Shown piece after piece: positions 61,038 through 64,000 of a stretch of DNA of 64,000 nucleotides. The notes beneath the pieces were generated by a model. The model worked only from the letters and a program-made list of their open reading frames with translations. It did not search any database and was not told where the DNA came from. Position 1 is the stretch's first letter, and every line of letters begins with the position of its first letter. Both the position numbers and the translations under genes were made by a program. The stretch comes from Spirochaetia bacterium (GTDB lineage: Bacteria; Spirochaetota; Spirochaetia; DSM-16054; Sediminispirochaetaceae), in the NCBI GenBank assembly GCA_034520965.1, contig JAXHMY010000003.1:192001-256000 (forward strand), written 5' to 3'.

Positions 61038-63266
61038 TTAACCGACTTTTCCCTGTACCACTGTTCCGGTAGTAACCGGTTTCCCGTTGACCGTCAGGGC
61101 AGCAGAGCCGACCATAACAGTATTATCTTTTACGCTAATGGGAATCTTAAAGAAGTCGTCGATTTTTAGTTTTTTCGGCGCAGTTTCCGGTAGAGAATAC
61201 CCCTCCAGAGCCGCACGAGTTCCCGGAACCGCTTCATCGACAAACAGTACCTCTACACTACTATGATCTTCGTCACCGGCCTTCTCTGCTGCTAACAGCA
61301 TTCCCTGGCTCTTTACACCGCGCAGCTTGGCAGGCTTTAGATTGTAGACCAGAATTATATTTTTATTCAGCAGTTCTTCCTCTTCGTAAATAGGTACGAG
61401 ACCGCTCACAATCTGTCGCTCTTCTTCATCCCCCGCATCGATGGTTTCGATATACAGTTTATCGGCTTCCGGGTGCCGTTCGACGGCGGTAATTTTTGCA
61501 ATCCGCAGATCCACCGCTTCGGTAAACTGCTCTTCAAGACTCTTTTCCGCCTGTCCTTCAGTTTTTGCTTTCTCTGTCTCTTCCATTGCCTTCCTCTCCT
61601 TCTCTTTCTCAGCCCGATCCGCCTGGCTGCCGGCAAAGCGCTCGCGCAGTCCCTTAATGAGGTCATCCTCCAGCCGCTCGAAGAGTATCTCCGGAGAGCT
61701 TATCTTTTTAAGACCCGAGAAATCTCCAATAACTTCCCATGTAGCCCCTTCCTGGCCAAGAAAACGCAATATTCTGGCGGATGTTTGGGGAATATACGGC
61801 TCTATCATCACCGCTAAATCACGCACTACATAGGCCAGTTCCATCAGCAGGCGATCTGCAGCCTCCGGATCGGTTTTCCGGGTCTTCCAAGGTTCGCCAG
61901 CTTGAAAACGGCGGTTCCCGTAGGAGGCCAGGGCGAATATTTTACGAAACCCCTGCCGCAGCTCAGCTCGTTCCATTGCTGCAGTAATTTCCGCTTCGCG
62001 GGTTTTTACTTCCTGTACAAAGTCACCCTCCGGTTCAACCTGGGGCACCTCGCCCGCTTTAAATCTGCCGATAAATGACAGGGTTCTATTTACCAGGTTG
62101 GCCAGGTTTCCAATCAGTTCACCGTTTACTTTCTCCTGAAAGTCATCCCAGGTAAAAACAGCATCCGAGCTCTCCGGCCGGTTATAAAAAATGTAAAAAC
62201 GCCACACGTCCGCAGGAATACCAGTATCTTTGGCGTCGTTTCCGAATACGCCGACGCCCTTGCTCTTGGAAAACTTCCCGCTTTCGTAGTTCAGATATTC
62301 GGTGGACGACATATGATGCAGCATGGTCCAATTCTCACCGGTAGCCAGCAGGGAAGAAGGGAAAATAACCGTATGGAAGGGAATGTTGTCCTTGCCGATA
62401 AACTGATACAGCTCGACATCCTCGGGACTCTTCCACCAGGACTCCCACTCAGCGGTCAAATCCTTGGTAATTGAGATATACCCAATAGGAGCATCAAACC
62501 ACACGTAAAAAACCTTGTCTTCAAAGCCCTCTTTCGGTACCGGGATTCCCCATTTTAAATCACGGGTAATCGCCCGCTGTTTTAGTCCGTCCCGGATCCA
62601 GCTTTTCGTCATTTGAATTGCGTTTCGCGCCCAGAAACCGTCCACCGAGGCCTTATCCATCCATGACTGAAGCTTTGGAAGGATTTCCGGTAAGTTCAAA
62701 TACAGATGTTTGGTCTGCTTCAAAACGGGAGCGGCCCCGCAGGTGCCGCAGCGCGGTTGGATTAGATCGGTTGGATCAAGCAGTTTCCCGCAATCCTCAC
62801 ACTGATCACCCCGGGCTTCCTCGTAGCCGCAATGCGGACAGGTACCCCGCACAAAGCGGTCGGCCAAAAAGCGCCGGCAGCTGTCACAGTACAGCTGCTC
62901 GATAGTCGCCTCGCTGATATACCCGTTGGCATCCACCTTCTTAAATATATCCTGAACAATTTCAGTCTGTTCCGGACGTGAGGTGCGTCCGAAATGATCA
63001 AAATTAATATCAAACCACTTGTAGATATCGTCGTGCACCACAAAATACCGGTCGCACAGTTCTTTGGGGCTTATTCCCTCTTCAAGGGCTTTAGTCTCCG
63101 TGGCGGTACCATACTCATCTGTACCGCAGACGTAAAGGGTTTCATACCCGTTGCTGCGGCAATACCGCGCAAAGACATCCGCCGACAACACCTGGATAAG
63201 GTTACCCAGATGGGGAATATTATTTACATAAGGAAGGGCCGAAGTTATCAGTCGTCTCTTTTTCAT
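61038..63266 (-). CDS. metG: Methionyl-tRNA synthetase with C-terminal tRNA-binding domain
   Basis: ALPYVNNIPHLGN, zinc knuckles, YVWFDAPIGY, KFSKS, LRGVKSQGMLL. Confidence 0.98.
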   Translation of the reverse strand: MKKRRLITSALPYVNNIPHLGNLIQVLSADVFARYCRSNGYETLYVCGTDEYGTATETKALEEGISPKELCDRYFVVHDDIYKWFDINFDHFGRTSRPEQTEIVQDIFKKVDANGYISEATIEQLYCDSCRRFLADRFVRGTCPHCGYEEARGDQCEDCGKLLDPTDLIQPRCGTCGAAPVLKQTKHLYLNLPEILPKLQSWMDKASVDGFWARNAIQMTKSWIRDGLKQRAITRDLKWGIPVPKEGFEDKVFYVWFDAPIGYISITKDLTAEWESWWKSPEDVELYQFIGKDNIPFHTVIFPSSLLATGENWTMLHHMSSTEYLNYESGKFSKSKGVGVFGNDAKDTGIPADVWRFYIFYNRPESSDAVFTWDDFQEKVNGELIGNLANLVNRTLSFIGRFKAGEVPQVEPEGDFVQEVKTREAEITAAMERAELRQGFRKIFALASYGNRRFQAGEPWKTRKTDPEAADRLLMELAYVVRDLAVMIEPYIPQTSARILRFLGQEGATWEVIGDFSGLKKISSPEILFERLEDDLIKGLRERFAGSQADRAEKEKERKAMEETEKAKTEGQAEKSLEEQFTEAVDLRIAKITAVERHPEADKLYIETIDAGDEEERQIVSGLVPIYEEEELLNKNIILVYNLKPAKLRGVKSQGMLLAAEKAGDEDHSSVEVLFVDEAVPGTRAALEGYSLPETAPKKLKIDDFFKIPISVKDNTVMVGSAALTVNGKPVTTGTVVQGKVG

Positions 63267-63274
63267 AACTACAG

Positions 63275-63304
63275 ACTATAGGTTCTTGTCTGCCTTCATG
63301 TCAA
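63275..63304 (-). promoter_or_regulatory. Sigma70 promoter, leaderless-type, for metG
   Basis: TTGACA-18-TATAGT, 8 nt to ATG, no SD. Confidence 0.6.
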
Positions 63305-63373
63305 CCGGACCGAACAACCTGATTGCCCTAGTAGCAACAGGCTGAACGGCCCGAAAAACTTAGCTTAGAAGGT

Positions 63374-64000
63374 TTAATACACCGGTTTCAGGCCGGTTTG
63401 GAAGTGCCGCAGCCGCAGCTCAGCCCCCCGGGTAATTTCAACCTTCGGAATTTTATCTCGGTTCCGGTACAGTTCGCTCACCGCAGCCACCGTATAGTCG
63501 ATATGCTCGCGGCTGTAGGCGTTCCTGGGAATGGCAAAGCGCACCAAGTTCAGAATTCCCTTTCGCTGTTCTTCATTCTTTTGGTCCCACTCAAAGGCAA
63601 AGGGTCCTAATTCACAAGCCCGGATGCCGTAATTTCGCAGCAGCTCAATGGTAAACCCTACTCCCCCGAAATCGTCTATCTTCATGTCGGAGCCTTCAAA
63701 GAAGCGGTTCATGTCAAGGTAAATCGCGTGGCCTCCCGCCGGAAGCACCACCGGGACTCCCTCTTGTGCTAATTTTCCGGCTAACAGACGGGTCTGACCA
63801 ATACGGTCATATAGATACGACTGATCGACTACCTCATTCAATCCTACAGCCAGGGCCATGATATCCCGCCCGCTTAAAGCGCCATAGGAGTCATTGCCGA
63901 ACCAGACTATCTGTTTTTCCTTTAACCGTACTCCTACATCCTCTTTGACAGTAGAAAACCGTTGCACAAACTCCCCTTTATCGCGGAGAAACAAACCTCC
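63374..64000 (-). CDS. Tryptophanase/tyrosine phenol-lyase family beta-eliminating lyase (C-terminal part)
   Basis: YGALSGRDI.ALAVGL, PAGGHAIYLD, VRFAIPR..Y...H, LRHF; 5' end lies outside the window. Confidence 0.85.
   Translation of the reverse strand, partial: GGLFLRDKGEFVQRFSTVKEDVGVRLKEKQIVWFGNDSYGALSGRDIMALAVGLNEVVDQSYLYDRIGQTRLLAGKLAQEGVPVVLPAGGHAIYLDMNRFFEGSDMKIDDFGGVGFTIELLRNYGIRACELGPFAFEWDQKNEEQRKGILNLVRFAIPRNAYSREHIDYTVAAVSELYRNRDKIPKVEITRGAELRLRHFQTGLKPVY

Overview
Core-genome chromosomal window from a free-living spirochaete (inferred Spirochaetaceae, from the UPF0164/FadL-like, CpXC, WD40, FemX and bS22 genes and the rpsB-tsf-frr-uppS-cdsA-dxr-rseP order without pyrH). It holds about 50 CDS: translation (rpsB, tsf, frr, rpsF, rpsR, rplI, metG), replication/repair (ssb, dnaB, a DnaE2-type polymerase, XPB helicase plus partner), shikimate, MEP, TCA and peptidoglycan genes, and several TPR/lipoproteins. 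I saw no rRNA, tRNA, CRISPR array or transposase. The main non-coding signal is a ~143-bp three-hairpin MITE in two inverted copies (6068-6210, 14446-14587), each with its own perfect 9-bp target-site duplication. Solo terminal-hairpin modules of it occur at 23452 and 57544. One copy is inserted into a second covarying two-hairpin repeat family (6211-6275, 56408-56479). Other points: an unlisted 29-aa bS22 gene coupled to an orphan non-lipidated FlgH-like gene, a divergent PRPP-synthetase-like plus MggS-like glycosyltransferase pair, several leaderless-type promoters, and about 5 reading-frame breaks (probably indel sequencing errors, one at a CCC-TGA +1 slippery site). All family assignments come from recognising motifs by eye, not from database searches.
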